Notes under the pieces: model-generated | Database searches by the model: none | What the model was told of the DNA's origin: nothing | Seen by the model: the letters and a program-made list of their open reading frames with translations, nothing else | Position numbers and translations under genes: made by a program | Part shown: piece after piece, positions 25,607 to 34,377 of the stretch | Numbering within the stretch: the stretch's first letter is position 1 | Layout: each line of letters starts with the position of its first letter | From: Actinomycetes bacterium | GTDB lineage: Bacteria > Actinomycetota > Acidimicrobiia > Acidimicrobiales > Palsa-688 | Assembly: GCA_021788115.1 (NCBI GenBank) | Contig: JAJYLA010000002.1 | Span: forward strand, 20,476 to 84,475 | DNA: 64,000 bases | Reading direction: 5' to 3'

Positions 25607-26344
25607 ATGCCAGGCTCGGCGAGTCACCCGACCGATCCCGGGCCGTTGGGTGACGCCGCGGGGGCACCCCCGCGGCGTCACCCCGGGCGGCCCCGCCACA
25701 CCGAGCCGAGCGCCGAGTACCAGGCGCGCATGACCGAGATCGTCGAGACGGCCGCCCGCGTGTTCCGCGAGAAGGGCTACGACGCCGGCTCCCTCGACGA
25801 CGTGGCAGGCGCGCTCGGCCTGCGCAAGGGCAGCCTGTACTACTACGTGCGCTCCAAGGCCGAGCTGCTGTACCTGGTCTTCAACCGGGCGATCTCGAGG
25901 TCGCTCGACCGGCTCGATGAGTGCGAGCAGATCGAAGACCCGCGTGACCGGCTGGCCGCCTTGATCCGGCACCAGGCGGTCAGCGTCGCGGAGGAGCCGA
26001 GCTTCTTCTCGGTGTTCTTCGACCAGCGCCCCCGCCTGGCCGCCACTTATGAAACGGAGATCCGGGTCAAGGAGCGCCACTACCTGCACGTCTTCGCCGA
26101 GGCCGTGGCCGCGGCGGTGAAAGAAGGCACGATCATTCCCGTGGAGCCCCGCTACGGTGCGCAGGCCCTCCTCGGCATGACCAGCTGGGTGTACAAGTGG
26201 TTCGAGCCCGGCCGCGACGACATCGAGCAGTTCGTCCAGAGCTGCGTCGATCTCCTCCTGTGCGGCGGCCGGGCGACCAATGGACGGCGCCCCCGGTCGG
26301 ATTCACGCCGTCGAGCGATCGGGGCCGGCGCGCGCCCCCAGTGA
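25607..26344 (+). CDS. TetR-family transcriptional regulator, about 245 aa
   Basis: IVETAARVFREKGYDAGSLDDVAGALGLRKGSLYYYVRSKAELLY is a TetR HTH. The start could instead be the internal MTEIVE. The 3' end overlaps the convergent ligase gene by 42 nt. Confidence 0.8.
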   Translation: MPGSASHPTDPGPLGDAAGAPPRRHPGRPRHTEPSAEYQARMTEIVETAARVFREKGYDAGSLDDVAGALGLRKGSLYYYVRSKAELLYLVFNRAISRSLDRLDECEQIEDPRDRLAALIRHQAVSVAEEPSFFSVFFDQRPRLAATYETEIRVKERHYLHVFAEAVAAAVKEGTIIPVEPRYGAQALLGMTSWVYKWFEPGRDDIEQFVQSCVDLLLCGGRATNGRRPRSDSRRRAIGAGARPQ

Positions 26345-27862
26345 GCGCAGCACGTGGCGGCGGAGCTTGCCCGTCGACGTGCGCGGCAGCTCGTCCACGA
26401 ACTGGACGGATCGCGGCACCTTGTAAGGAGCCAGGTGGCGCCGCGCCAGCAGGATGATCTCGGCCTCCAGCGCCTCCGAGCCGCTCACGCCCGCACCCGG
26501 GACGACGAACGCGCGCAGCCGCGTCGCGCCGAGGTGATCGGGCACGGCGGCAACGGCCACCTCCCCGACGTGCGGGTGTGAGGCGAGGACCGTCTCGACC
26601 TCGACGGGAGAGACGGAGATGCCCCCGACCATCTCGATGTCGTCGGCGCGGCCTTTGTGGTGGACGAAGCCGTCGTCATCGACGTACGCACGGTCGCCCG
26701 TGTGCAACCAGCCTCCCACCAGCACCCGCTCCGTCTCCTCGGGGCGCCCGTGGTAGCCGGTCATGAGGGTCGGGCCCCGCACCCACAGGGATCCGACGCT
26801 CCCGGGGGGAAGGTCCTCCCCCTGGGCGTCCCGCACGCTGATCTCGTAGCCGGGCAGGACGACCCCGCAGGTCCCCGGCCGCTGCCGCTCGAGCGTGTTC
26901 GCGATGAACAGGTGCCCCACCTCGCTCGAGCCGAGGGCGTCGAGAACGGGGACACCGAGGAAGTCCGATACGCGGGCGCACAGGGCGGGCGACATCACCT
27001 CGCCGGCGGAGACGGCCACGCGAAGCGAGCGGAAGCACCCCGGGTCCCCGTCGGCGAGCAGCATGGCGTAGAAGCTGGGCACGGCGAAGAAGACCGTGGG
27101 GTGGGTCCGGCACGCCAGCGCCGACACGGAGGCGACGGTCGGGCGGCCCGGCTCGAGGACCGCCGTGGCGCCGGACGAGAGCGTGGTGAACACGGTGTTG
27201 CCGAGGCCGTAGGAGAAGAAGGCTCGCGACACCGAGTACAGCACGTCGTCGGGGACGATTCCCAGCGCCGCCCTCGAGACTGCGGCGGAGTGCCAGCGGA
27301 TATCCGAGTGCCGGTGAAGCACGAGCTTCGGCCGACCTGTCGTGCCCGAGGTGTAGAGCCCGTAGAGTGCAGCCCCGTCGCCGGGGTCTGCAGGCTCGGC
27401 CGGGGAGCGGGACAGGCCGGCGGCCTCGAGCTCTGCTCCCGACACGGCGGGAGTGCCCGGAAAGGCCGGCGCGAGCTCCGGCTCGCACACGACCAGCGAC
27501 GGGGCGGCGTCGTGCGCGATGTACTCGAACTCCTCGGGAACCAGGCGGGGGTTTATCGGCACGGCCGTGGCACCGAGGCGCGCCACCCCGAGGAAAGCCA
27601 GAAGGAAGGCGACGCGGTCGTGAAGCGCGATCAGGACACGGTCGCCCTGCGCGACGCCGCGCTCGGCCAGAAGGCCCGAGCTGGACGCCACGGCGTCGTA
27701 AAGCTCGCGGTAGGTCCAGACGCGCTCGGATTCGATGAACGCGCGCCGCTCCAGCCACCCCGAGGCGGCCGCCAGCTCGGCGAGCTCGACGGCCGCGTTG
27801 CGGTAGGCAACCCCCTGCGCGGCGCTCTGCGGAGTGGCCGGTGCTGTCAGCGCCCTTGCCAT
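26303..27862 (-). CDS. Benzoate-CoA-ligase-family AMP-forming aryl-CoA ligase (benzoate / 4-hydroxybenzoate type), 519 aa
   Basis: The sequence contains YTSGTTGRPKLVLHRH, SFYAML, TGDRAYVDDDGFVHHKGRADDIEMVGGISVSPVEVE and PRTSTGKLRR. Confidence 0.75.
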   Translation of the reverse strand: MARALTAPATPQSAAQGVAYRNAAVELAELAAASGWLERRAFIESERVWTYRELYDAVASSSGLLAERGVAQGDRVLIALHDRVAFLLAFLGVARLGATAVPINPRLVPEEFEYIAHDAAPSLVVCEPELAPAFPGTPAVSGAELEAAGLSRSPAEPADPGDGAALYGLYTSGTTGRPKLVLHRHSDIRWHSAAVSRAALGIVPDDVLYSVSRAFFSYGLGNTVFTTLSSGATAVLEPGRPTVASVSALACRTHPTVFFAVPSFYAMLLADGDPGCFRSLRVAVSAGEVMSPALCARVSDFLGVPVLDALGSSEVGHLFIANTLERQRPGTCGVVLPGYEISVRDAQGEDLPPGSVGSLWVRGPTLMTGYHGRPEETERVLVGGWLHTGDRAYVDDDGFVHHKGRADDIEMVGGISVSPVEVETVLASHPHVGEVAVAAVPDHLGATRLRAFVVPGAGVSGSEALEAEIILLARRHLAPYKVPRSVQFVDELPRTSTGKLRRHVLRSLGARAGPDRSTA

Positions 27863-28674
27863 TCGGGTGGCCTCTTGGCGTTGAACGCGGCGTGGAACTC
27901 TGCGTAGTCCTCGCTGTTCATCAAAAGCGCCTGGGTCATCGCCTCGAGCTCGATGGCACCCGACAGCGGCATGTCGAGCTCACGCGAGAGCAGCGACTTC
28001 GTCTGCGCGTACGCGAAGAAGGGCCCGCCGGCCAGCCGGCGTGCGAGAGCGCCGACGGCCTCTTCAATGGCGTCGTCGTCGACGAGCTGGCTGACCAGCC
28101 CGTAGCGATCCGCCGTCTCGGCGTCGATCGTGTCGCCGAGCATGAGCAGCTGGGTGGCCCGCCCGAGACCGACGATCCTCGGGAGCAGGTACGCCGAGCC
28201 CATGTCGGCTCCCGCCAGCCCGACCTTGGTGAAGAGGAAGGCGAACCGGGCGGACCGGGTGAGGATGCGGAAGTCCGACGCGAGGGCGATGACCGATCCG
28301 GCTCCGGCCGCGATGCCGTGCACCGCCGCGATCACCGGCAGCGGGCATTCGCGTATCGCCTTGACGACGTCGCCGGTCATCCGGGTGAACTCGAGCAGCT
28401 CGTCCGGCCGCATCTTCAGAAGCTCGCCGATGATCTCGTTGACATCGCCTCCGGAGCAGAACGCCTTGCCCTCTCCCCGGATCACCAGCACCCGGACGTC
28501 TTCGTGGTACGGAAGCTCGCGGATCAGGTCGCGCAGGTCCGCGTAGCTCTCGAAGGTCAACGCGTTGAGCTTGTCGGGGCGGTTGAGAGTGACCGTCGCC
28601 ACGTGCTCGGCGACGTCGAAGCGGAAGTGCTGCCACGTCGCGGTGAACGGGACGGAACCTCGGAACGGGCTCAT
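27847..28674 (-). CDS. Enoyl-CoA hydratase/isomerase family protein, 275 aa
   Basis: The sequence contains VATVTLNRPDKLNALT, GEGKAFCSGGDV, PVIAAVHGIAAGAGSVIALASDFRI and a C-terminal EFHAAFNAKRPP. Confidence 0.8.
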   Translation of the reverse strand: MSPFRGSVPFTATWQHFRFDVAEHVATVTLNRPDKLNALTFESYADLRDLIRELPYHEDVRVLVIRGEGKAFCSGGDVNEIIGELLKMRPDELLEFTRMTGDVVKAIRECPLPVIAAVHGIAAGAGSVIALASDFRILTRSARFAFLFTKVGLAGADMGSAYLLPRIVGLGRATQLLMLGDTIDAETADRYGLVSQLVDDDAIEEAVGALARRLAGGPFFAYAQTKSLLSRELDMPLSGAIELEAMTQALLMNSEDYAEFHAAFNAKRPPEWQGR

Positions 28675-28723
28675 GCGGGGATGCCTCCTGTCGGCTTGGG
28701 GGGTGGGTTCCGGCGCACGCCGC

Positions 28724-29506
28724 TCAACCGGCCATGGTCAGGCCGCCGCTGGCGCTCAGCACCTGACCGGTGACGTAGGACGCTTCGGCGGAGGCCAGGA
28801 AGGCGACGACGTAGGCGATCTCCTCGGGCCGGCCGAAACGGCGCATCGGGATGGCCCGAAGCAGCGCCTCTTGTATCTTCTCGGGCTGAGCCCGGAGCAA
28901 CGGGGTGTCGGTCGGGCCCGGCGCGACGCAGTTGACGTTGATCCCGTGGCGGGCCATTTCGCGCGCGAGCGACTTGGTGAAGGCGATCACCCCGCCCTTG
29001 GCACCCGCGTACACGGTCTCGCCCAGGCTTCCCACACGCCCGGCATCGCTCGAGACGTTGACGACCCGGCCCGGCATCCCGGACCGCACGAGCGGCGTCA
29101 GGAAGGTGCGGCAGACCATGACGGGACCGAGAAAGTTGAGTGCGGTGACGTTCTCGATGAAGTCGGGTTCGTTGTCGAGGAACGGGTGCCCGCGGTTCCA
29201 GCCGGCACCGTTGACGATGATGTCCACGAGGCCGAACTCCTTCTCGATCATCGCCTGCAGATGCTCGATACTCTCCCGGCTGCGCACGTCGACCAGGAAT
29301 CCGCGCGCCTTTCCTCCCTGCTCCTCGATCGCGGCGGCGGTGGCGTCGGCCGAGGGCAGGTCGATGTCGGCAGCGGCGACCGTCGCACCCGATCCGGCGA
29401 GCACCCGGGCGATGGCTGCCCCGATACCCGACCCCGCACCGGTCACCACGGCGGTGTGCCCACTCAGATCGATGTTCACGCTCTCTCTTCCTTTCTCCGG
29501 GACCAC
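28724..29506 (-). CDS. SDR-family dehydrogenase, BadH-like (2-hydroxycyclohexanecarboxyl-CoA-dehydrogenase-like), about 250-260 aa
   Basis: The sequence contains VVTGAGSGIGAAIA, NGAGWNRGHPF, SSDAGRVGSLGETVYAGAKGGVIAFTKSLAREMARHGINVNCVAPGPTDTPLL and GQVLSASGGLTMAG. These closely follow the BadH pattern as I remember it. The start may be the GTG at 29479. Confidence 0.7.
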   Translation of the reverse strand: MVPEKGRESVNIDLSGHTAVVTGAGSGIGAAIARVLAGSGATVAAADIDLPSADATAAAIEEQGGKARGFLVDVRSRESIEHLQAMIEKEFGLVDIIVNGAGWNRGHPFLDNEPDFIENVTALNFLGPVMVCRTFLTPLVRSGMPGRVVNVSSDAGRVGSLGETVYAGAKGGVIAFTKSLAREMARHGINVNCVAPGPTDTPLLRAQPEKIQEALLRAIPMRRFGRPEEIAYVVAFLASAEASYVTGQVLSASGGLTMAG

Positions 29507-29664
29507 GCCCGGCTCGCACCGGCCCCCGGCACGGCCCTGGCGCCCCTCCTAAATTGAGTAGTCATTCGTATTGACTGAACCCTCGCTCACTTCCTCAAGA
29601 ATAGGGTTCCCGCCGGCTCGAGTCAAGAGATGCCGCGGTCGGCGCCGCCCGTTAGACTCCCGGC

Positions 29665-30348
29665 GTGGCTGAGCCTCTGGATCTCGAGGAGTACCTGCGT
29701 CCCACCTGGTTCCTGGACTGGGACACGCCTGCCGTGCGGGCGTACGCAGAAGACGTGGTCGCGGGCGCGACGACCGACGAGCAGCGCGTCGTGAGGCTCT
29801 ACTACGCGGTGCGCGACTGGATCCGCTACGACCCCTACCTCATCAGCTCGGAGCCCGCCGACTACAGGGCGAGCACGGTGCTCGAGCGGCGTCGGTCGTA
29901 CTGCATACCGAAGGCCGTGCTCCTCACCGCTCTGGCGCGCTCGGTGGGGGTTCCCGCCCGGCTCGGCTTCGCGGACGTGCGCAATCACCTCGCGAGCGAG
30001 AAGCTGCTCGCCTGGATCGGGAGCGACGTCTTCGTCTTCCACGGCTTCAGCGAGTTCTGGGTGGGCGACCGGTGGGTGAAGGCGACGCCCGCTTTCAATA
30101 TCGAGTTGTGTGAGCGCTTCGGCGTGCGGCCCCTCGAGTTCGACGGCCGCGCCGACGCCCTCTTCCACGAGTACTCGCTCGACGGCCAGCGTCACATGGA
30201 GTACATCGCCCAGCGCGGCAGCTTCGGGGACCTCCCGCTCGAGGAGATACTCCGTACCTTCGGGCAGACCTACGGGAACGGCGTCGCGGCGGGAGGCCCG
30301 CAAGAGCGCGACGAGATGTTCCACGGCGCGGCCACATCCGGATCCTGA
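29665..30348 (+). CDS. Transglutaminase-like cysteine-protease-fold protein, 227 aa
   Basis: GTG start. RRSYCIPKAVLLTALARSVGVPARL carries the catalytic-type Cys. FHGFSEFWVGDRWV carries the His, with an Asp downstream. Confidence 0.65.
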   Translation: MAEPLDLEEYLRPTWFLDWDTPAVRAYAEDVVAGATTDEQRVVRLYYAVRDWIRYDPYLISSEPADYRASTVLERRRSYCIPKAVLLTALARSVGVPARLGFADVRNHLASEKLLAWIGSDVFVFHGFSEFWVGDRWVKATPAFNIELCERFGVRPLEFDGRADALFHEYSLDGQRHMEYIAQRGSFGDLPLEEILRTFGQTYGNGVAAGGPQERDEMFHGAATSGS

Positions 30349-30363
30349 GGATCGTGTTACGAT

Positions 30364-30390
30364 CGTTCAGTTCGAATGAACGGTCGTTCA
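30364..30390. promoter_or_regulatory. Three alternating half-sites, CGTTCA-N7-TGAACG-GT-CGTTCA, forming two overlapping perfect palindromes upstream of the TetR gene
   Basis: CGTTCA lies at 30364-30369, TGAACG at 30377-30382 and CGTTCA at 30385-30390. The ATG of the TetR gene is at 30404. Confidence 0.5.
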
Positions 30391-30403
30391 CCGGAGGCGC
30401 GAG

Positions 30404-31129
30404 ATGATGACGCCATCCAGCCGCCCCGGCGGTCCTGAGGCGATCAAGGCCGCCCGCACCACCTGGCGCCGAAGCCAGATAGTGGAGAGCGCGGCCCGCC
30501 TGATGGAGGAGCACGGCTTCCATGACATGTCCGTCAGCGCCCTCGCCAGGGAGGCGGGCATCAGTGTCGGCACCGTATACCAGTACGTCGACAACAAAGA
30601 AGACGTGCTGCTCCTCGTGATCGAGGACATCCTCAAGGCCTATGCGCAGCAGGTCCCCCAGGCGATGTCCGGCATCGCCGACCCGCTGGAGCGGCTGGCG
30701 GCCGGGTTCTTGAGCTACTGCGGGGTGGTCGACAGCTATCAGACCGCGACCCTGCTGGCGTACCGGGAGAGCCGGTCGCTCAGCAGGTCGGGGCTGCACT
30801 CGGTGATCAGCCACGAGATCGAGACGACCGGGCTGCTCGTGGCCGAGCTCGACGCCGCGGTAGCCGCCGGGACCCTCCGCACCCACGACACTGCGCTGGT
30901 CGGGTCGGACCTCGTCTTCCTCGCCCACATGTGGGCGCTCAAGCGGTGGCAGCTACGCGACCGCATGACCGTCGAGGCGTACGGACGGGCCCAGCTCGGC
31001 CTGGTCCTGGGCGGGCTGATCGACGCGAAGCAGCGGGAGCGCTACGCGCACCTGCTCGCCGTGCCCGGCGCAGCGAGCGCGCCCGCCCGCGCCGCAGCGA
31101 GAACCCGCGCCGGCGGAGGCCGCCGGTAA
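30404..31129 (+). CDS. TetR-family transcriptional regulator, 241 aa
   Basis: IVESAARLMEEHGFHDMSVSALAREAGISVGTVYQYVDNKEDVLLL is a TetR HTH. Confidence 0.85.
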   Translation: MMTPSSRPGGPEAIKAARTTWRRSQIVESAARLMEEHGFHDMSVSALAREAGISVGTVYQYVDNKEDVLLLVIEDILKAYAQQVPQAMSGIADPLERLAAGFLSYCGVVDSYQTATLLAYRESRSLSRSGLHSVISHEIETTGLLVAELDAAVAAGTLRTHDTALVGSDLVFLAHMWALKRWQLRDRMTVEAYGRAQLGLVLGGLIDAKQRERYAHLLAVPGAASAPARAAARTRAGGGRR

Positions 31130-31165
31130 CTCGACGGCCGGCGGGGTAGCTAGGGTGCTCGCACG

Positions 31166-32116
31166 GTGCCCCGAGATACCCGCACGCCGGACCCTCCCCC
31201 GATCGTCACGCCATCGGCGGAGGTCCACCGAGCCCTCCGAGGAGGGGAGCCTGTCGTCGCCCTCGAGTCGACCCTCCTCTCCCACGGGCTGCCCCGCCCC
31301 CTCAACCGGCAGATCGCCCGCGACATGGAGGACCTCGTGCGGGCCGGCGGCGCCGTGCCGGCCACCGTCGCCGTCCTCGACGGCGTCCCGCTGGTCGGCC
31401 TCGAGGCCGACCAGCTGGACCGGATCACCTCCGAGGGGGGCCTGCGCAAGATCAGCCGGCGCGACGTCCCTGTTGCCTGGGCGCGGCGCTCGAGCGGCGG
31501 CACCACCGTCGCCGCCACCGCGTTCCTCGCCTCCGTCGCCGGCATCCGGGTCTTCGCCACGGGCGGTCTCGGCGGTGTCCATCGCGGATGGCACGAGAAC
31601 CGGGACGAATCCGCCGACCTGCAGACGTTGAGCGCGACACCCATCACCGTGGTGTGCGCCGGGGTGAAGTCCATCCTCGACGTCGGGGCCACGCTACAGA
31701 AGCTGGAGACTCTCGGGGTCACGGTCGTCGGCTACCGGACGGACGCCTTCCCCGGCTTCTACCTGCGCGACTCGGGCCACCCGGTGGACTGGCGGGTGGA
31801 CTCACCCGAGGAGGTCGCCGCGATCATGTCCGCCCAGACCCGCCTGGGCGGCGCACCCGCCGCCGTCGTGGTCGCCAACCCGCTGCCCGCCGAGGCGCAG
31901 CTCGACCCGACGCTGCACGACGCGGTGCTCGAGCAGGCGCTCGCGGCGGCGGACCGTGACGGTGTCCGGGGGCAGGGCCTCACCCCGTACCTCCTGCAGT
32001 ACATGGTGGACGGCACCGGCGGGGCGTCGCTCGACGCCAACCTGGCGGCCGTCCGATCGAACGTCGAGCTGGCCACGCGCATCGCGGTGGCCTGGCACGC
32101 CCGCCAGGGCGCGTGA
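31166..32116 (+). CDS. psuG: Pseudouridine-5'-phosphate glycosidase, 316 aa
   Basis: The sequence contains PVVALESTLLSHGLPRP, SGGTTVAATAFLASVAGIRVFATGGLGGVHRG and ADLQTLS, which are characteristic of YeiN/PsuG. Confidence 0.85.
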   Translation: MPRDTRTPDPPPIVTPSAEVHRALRGGEPVVALESTLLSHGLPRPLNRQIARDMEDLVRAGGAVPATVAVLDGVPLVGLEADQLDRITSEGGLRKISRRDVPVAWARRSSGGTTVAATAFLASVAGIRVFATGGLGGVHRGWHENRDESADLQTLSATPITVVCAGVKSILDVGATLQKLETLGVTVVGYRTDAFPGFYLRDSGHPVDWRVDSPEEVAAIMSAQTRLGGAPAAVVVANPLPAEAQLDPTLHDAVLEQALAAADRDGVRGQGLTPYLLQYMVDGTGGASLDANLAAVRSNVELATRIAVAWHARQGA

Positions 32117-32219
32117 GTCCCGGGGGTTCGTGAGCGGTGCCAGTGACATCGAGCGCGGCGGCGATATCGAGGTGTTACCGGGTGGCCACCTCGGACCGAC
32201 ACGGCCTTGTCGGTCGTAT

Positions 32220-33122
32220 ATGACCGCAGGCGACACCGGCGGCCCTCCGGGCGAGCATGACGGGCGGTCCTCCCCAGCGCGCGTCGTCACCCTCGGCGAC
32301 GCGGCGATCGACGTCATCGTCGAGCCCGCCCGTCTCGAGGTGCCAGACGACGACGTGCCCGCCGCCATCCGCCTGGAGGCCGGCGGGCAGGCGAGCAACG
32401 TGGCCGCCTGGTGCTCCCACCTGGGAGGCTCCGCCGGCGTCATATCGGTACTCGGCGATGACCCGGCGGGGAGGCTGATCCGCGAGATGCTCGCGTCGCG
32501 AAACGTTGCTGTCATGGGGCCGCCGGGAACCGGCCGCTCCGCGGTGATCGTCTCCCTCGTGGGACCCGGCGGGCGACGGACCATGCTGTCGGACCGCGGG
32601 GCCTCGGCGACGCTGACAGCGGAGGACCTGAACCCTGAGTGGTTCGCCGGCGCGCGGTGGCTGCACCTGTCGGGCTACTCGCTGTTCGGTCCTCGCGGGC
32701 CGGAACCGGCGATAGCCGCCGCCGGGCTGGCCGCGGCGGCGGGCGCGAGGGTCAGCGTCGACCTCTCCTCGGCGACCCTGCTCGCCGGCCTCCCCCGGGC
32801 GCGCGTCCGCGGCCTCGTGGCGGACGTCCGCGCCGAGGTCGTCCTCGGCAACGAGCTCGAGGTGGCCGCCGCGGGACACTTGCGCGTATCGGAGCTCGTC
32901 GTCAAGAGAGGCGCCGCCGGCTGCCGGGTTATCGCCGGGGGGGCGAGCGTCGACCTGCCGGGCGTTCCGCCCGCCGCTGTTCGCGACTCCACGGGTGCAG
33001 GCGACGCCTTCGCCGCCGGCTGGCTCCTGGGCGGCGCTCCGCTGGCCATGGAGGCGGCGCGCCGGTGCGTCGCCCGGCTGGGCGCGATGCCTCCCACCGC
33101 CGAGCCGCTCGCCGGCGCCTGA
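32220..33122 (+). CDS. PfkB-family carbohydrate kinase (pseudouridine-kinase-like), about 300 aa
   Basis: The sequence contains VVTLGDAAIDVIV and RDSTGAGDAFAAGWL (the DTxGAGD anion-hole motif). It follows psuG as in psuGK pairs. The start is uncertain: ATG at 32220 or GTG at 32130. Confidence 0.7.
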   Translation: MTAGDTGGPPGEHDGRSSPARVVTLGDAAIDVIVEPARLEVPDDDVPAAIRLEAGGQASNVAAWCSHLGGSAGVISVLGDDPAGRLIREMLASRNVAVMGPPGTGRSAVIVSLVGPGGRRTMLSDRGASATLTAEDLNPEWFAGARWLHLSGYSLFGPRGPEPAIAAAGLAAAAGARVSVDLSSATLLAGLPRARVRGLVADVRAEVVLGNELEVAAAGHLRVSELVVKRGAAGCRVIAGGASVDLPGVPPAAVRDSTGAGDAFAAGWLLGGAPLAMEAARRCVARLGAMPPTAEPLAGA

Positions 33123-33188
33123 AACGCCGGCTGGGCTGCGGGCCCGATTCGGCGGCGGAGCGGTCGGCTCGGCGCGCCCCGGCGACCG

Positions 33189-34373
33189 CTATCCGCTCAG
33201 CGCGCCCGCCGGGACGAAGGCCGTTCCGTCCATCAGCTTGCGGGCCGTGCGGCTGTACGCCGCGCGCTCGACGACGACCTCGCCGCCGGCGCCGGCGTCC
33301 ACGGCCACGTCGACCTCGATGCGGCCACTCGGGTGCCCGATCCGGACGGGGCGGTCGGAGGGCGGCACGTACGCAACGGTGCCGGGAACCCGCGCCGCCA
33401 CGGCGAGGGTCACGCCGGCCCCGCCGGGGAAGGCCTTGTGCAGCACGAGCGGCTGGCCGCCGATGACCTCCGCGACGAGGTCGACGTCGGCGGCGCCGAC
33501 CGGCTCACCGCCGGTCAGCGTCCGGTAGTCGTGCGGAGCGCCGACGAGGACGGGCACGGGAACCAGGGTTCCCTCGGCCACCCCGACGCGGCGGGCCACG
33601 AAGCGCTGGAGCCGGTCGACCCGCTCGAGCAGCGCCGCATCGGGGGCGACGGGCAGCGAGCCCTCGGCCACGCCGAGATCCGCGGCCCGGACCATCACGC
33701 ACAGGTAGGCGATGTCCACGACGGAAATCTCGACCCGGCCGACGCCGGGCACGTCGAAGGTGTCGAGCGGCGACCCGGTCGGCAGCAGGCTGCCCGTGAC
33801 CCCACCGACGGTTTCGCGCATGTCGATGAGGATCTCGGCCCCCGAACCGGGGACACCGTCGACCCGGCAGGCTCCCTGCACGCGCGCGTGGCCGCCGGCG
33901 ACGGGCACCTCCGCGTAGAGCATGCGGTCGGTGTTGACGTTGTGGATCCGCACCGTGGCGGTGCGGGCGCCGGGCGCCGCGGGAGGAACGAGTCCTCGCT
34001 CGACGGCGTAGACGCCGACCGCTGCGGAGATGTTCCCGCAGTTGATGTCGGTGTCGACACGGGCGTCCCGCACGCTCACCTGTGCGAACGTGTAGTCCAA
34101 GTCGGCGTCCGCGACGGTCGGCGGCCCGATGATGGCGACCTTGCTCGTCAGCAGGTCGGCGCCGCCCAGCCCATCGATCTGGCGGGGGTCGGGGCTGCCC
34201 ATGAGCGCGAGCAGGAACCGGTCGCGCTCGTCGGGCTTCTCGGGGACCACCGCCTCGTCGAGGAACACGCCCTTGCTCGTCCCGCCGCGCAGGATCGAGC
34301 AGGGGACGGCGACGAGCTCCCCTTCCTCGCGCCACCCGGCGCCGGCGGGAGGCGGGTCCCCCACGGCGGTCAC
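33189..34373 (-). CDS. PrpF-family isomerase (2-methylaconitate isomerase / 4-oxalomesaconate tautomerase family), 394 aa
   Basis: The sequence contains VPCSILRGGTSKGVFLD, SPDPRQIDGLGGADLLTSKVAII and INCGNISAAVG, typical of PrpF/AcnD-accessory proteins. Confidence 0.75.
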   Translation of the reverse strand: MTAVGDPPPAGAGWREEGELVAVPCSILRGGTSKGVFLDEAVVPEKPDERDRFLLALMGSPDPRQIDGLGGADLLTSKVAIIGPPTVADADLDYTFAQVSVRDARVDTDINCGNISAAVGVYAVERGLVPPAAPGARTATVRIHNVNTDRMLYAEVPVAGGHARVQGACRVDGVPGSGAEILIDMRETVGGVTGSLLPTGSPLDTFDVPGVGRVEISVVDIAYLCVMVRAADLGVAEGSLPVAPDAALLERVDRLQRFVARRVGVAEGTLVPVPVLVGAPHDYRTLTGGEPVGAADVDLVAEVIGGQPLVLHKAFPGGAGVTLAVAARVPGTVAYVPPSDRPVRIGHPSGRIEVDVAVDAGAGGEVVVERAAYSRTARKLMDGTAFVPAGALSG

Positions 34374-34377
34374 CGGA

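Noticed and set aside
31166-33122. Whether psuG and the PfkB kinase belong to the aromatic pathway
   Set aside because: Their motifs are those of pseudouridine-5'-phosphate glycosidase and its partner kinase, which belong to nucleoside salvage. They are most simply a housekeeping pair lying between two catabolic operons.
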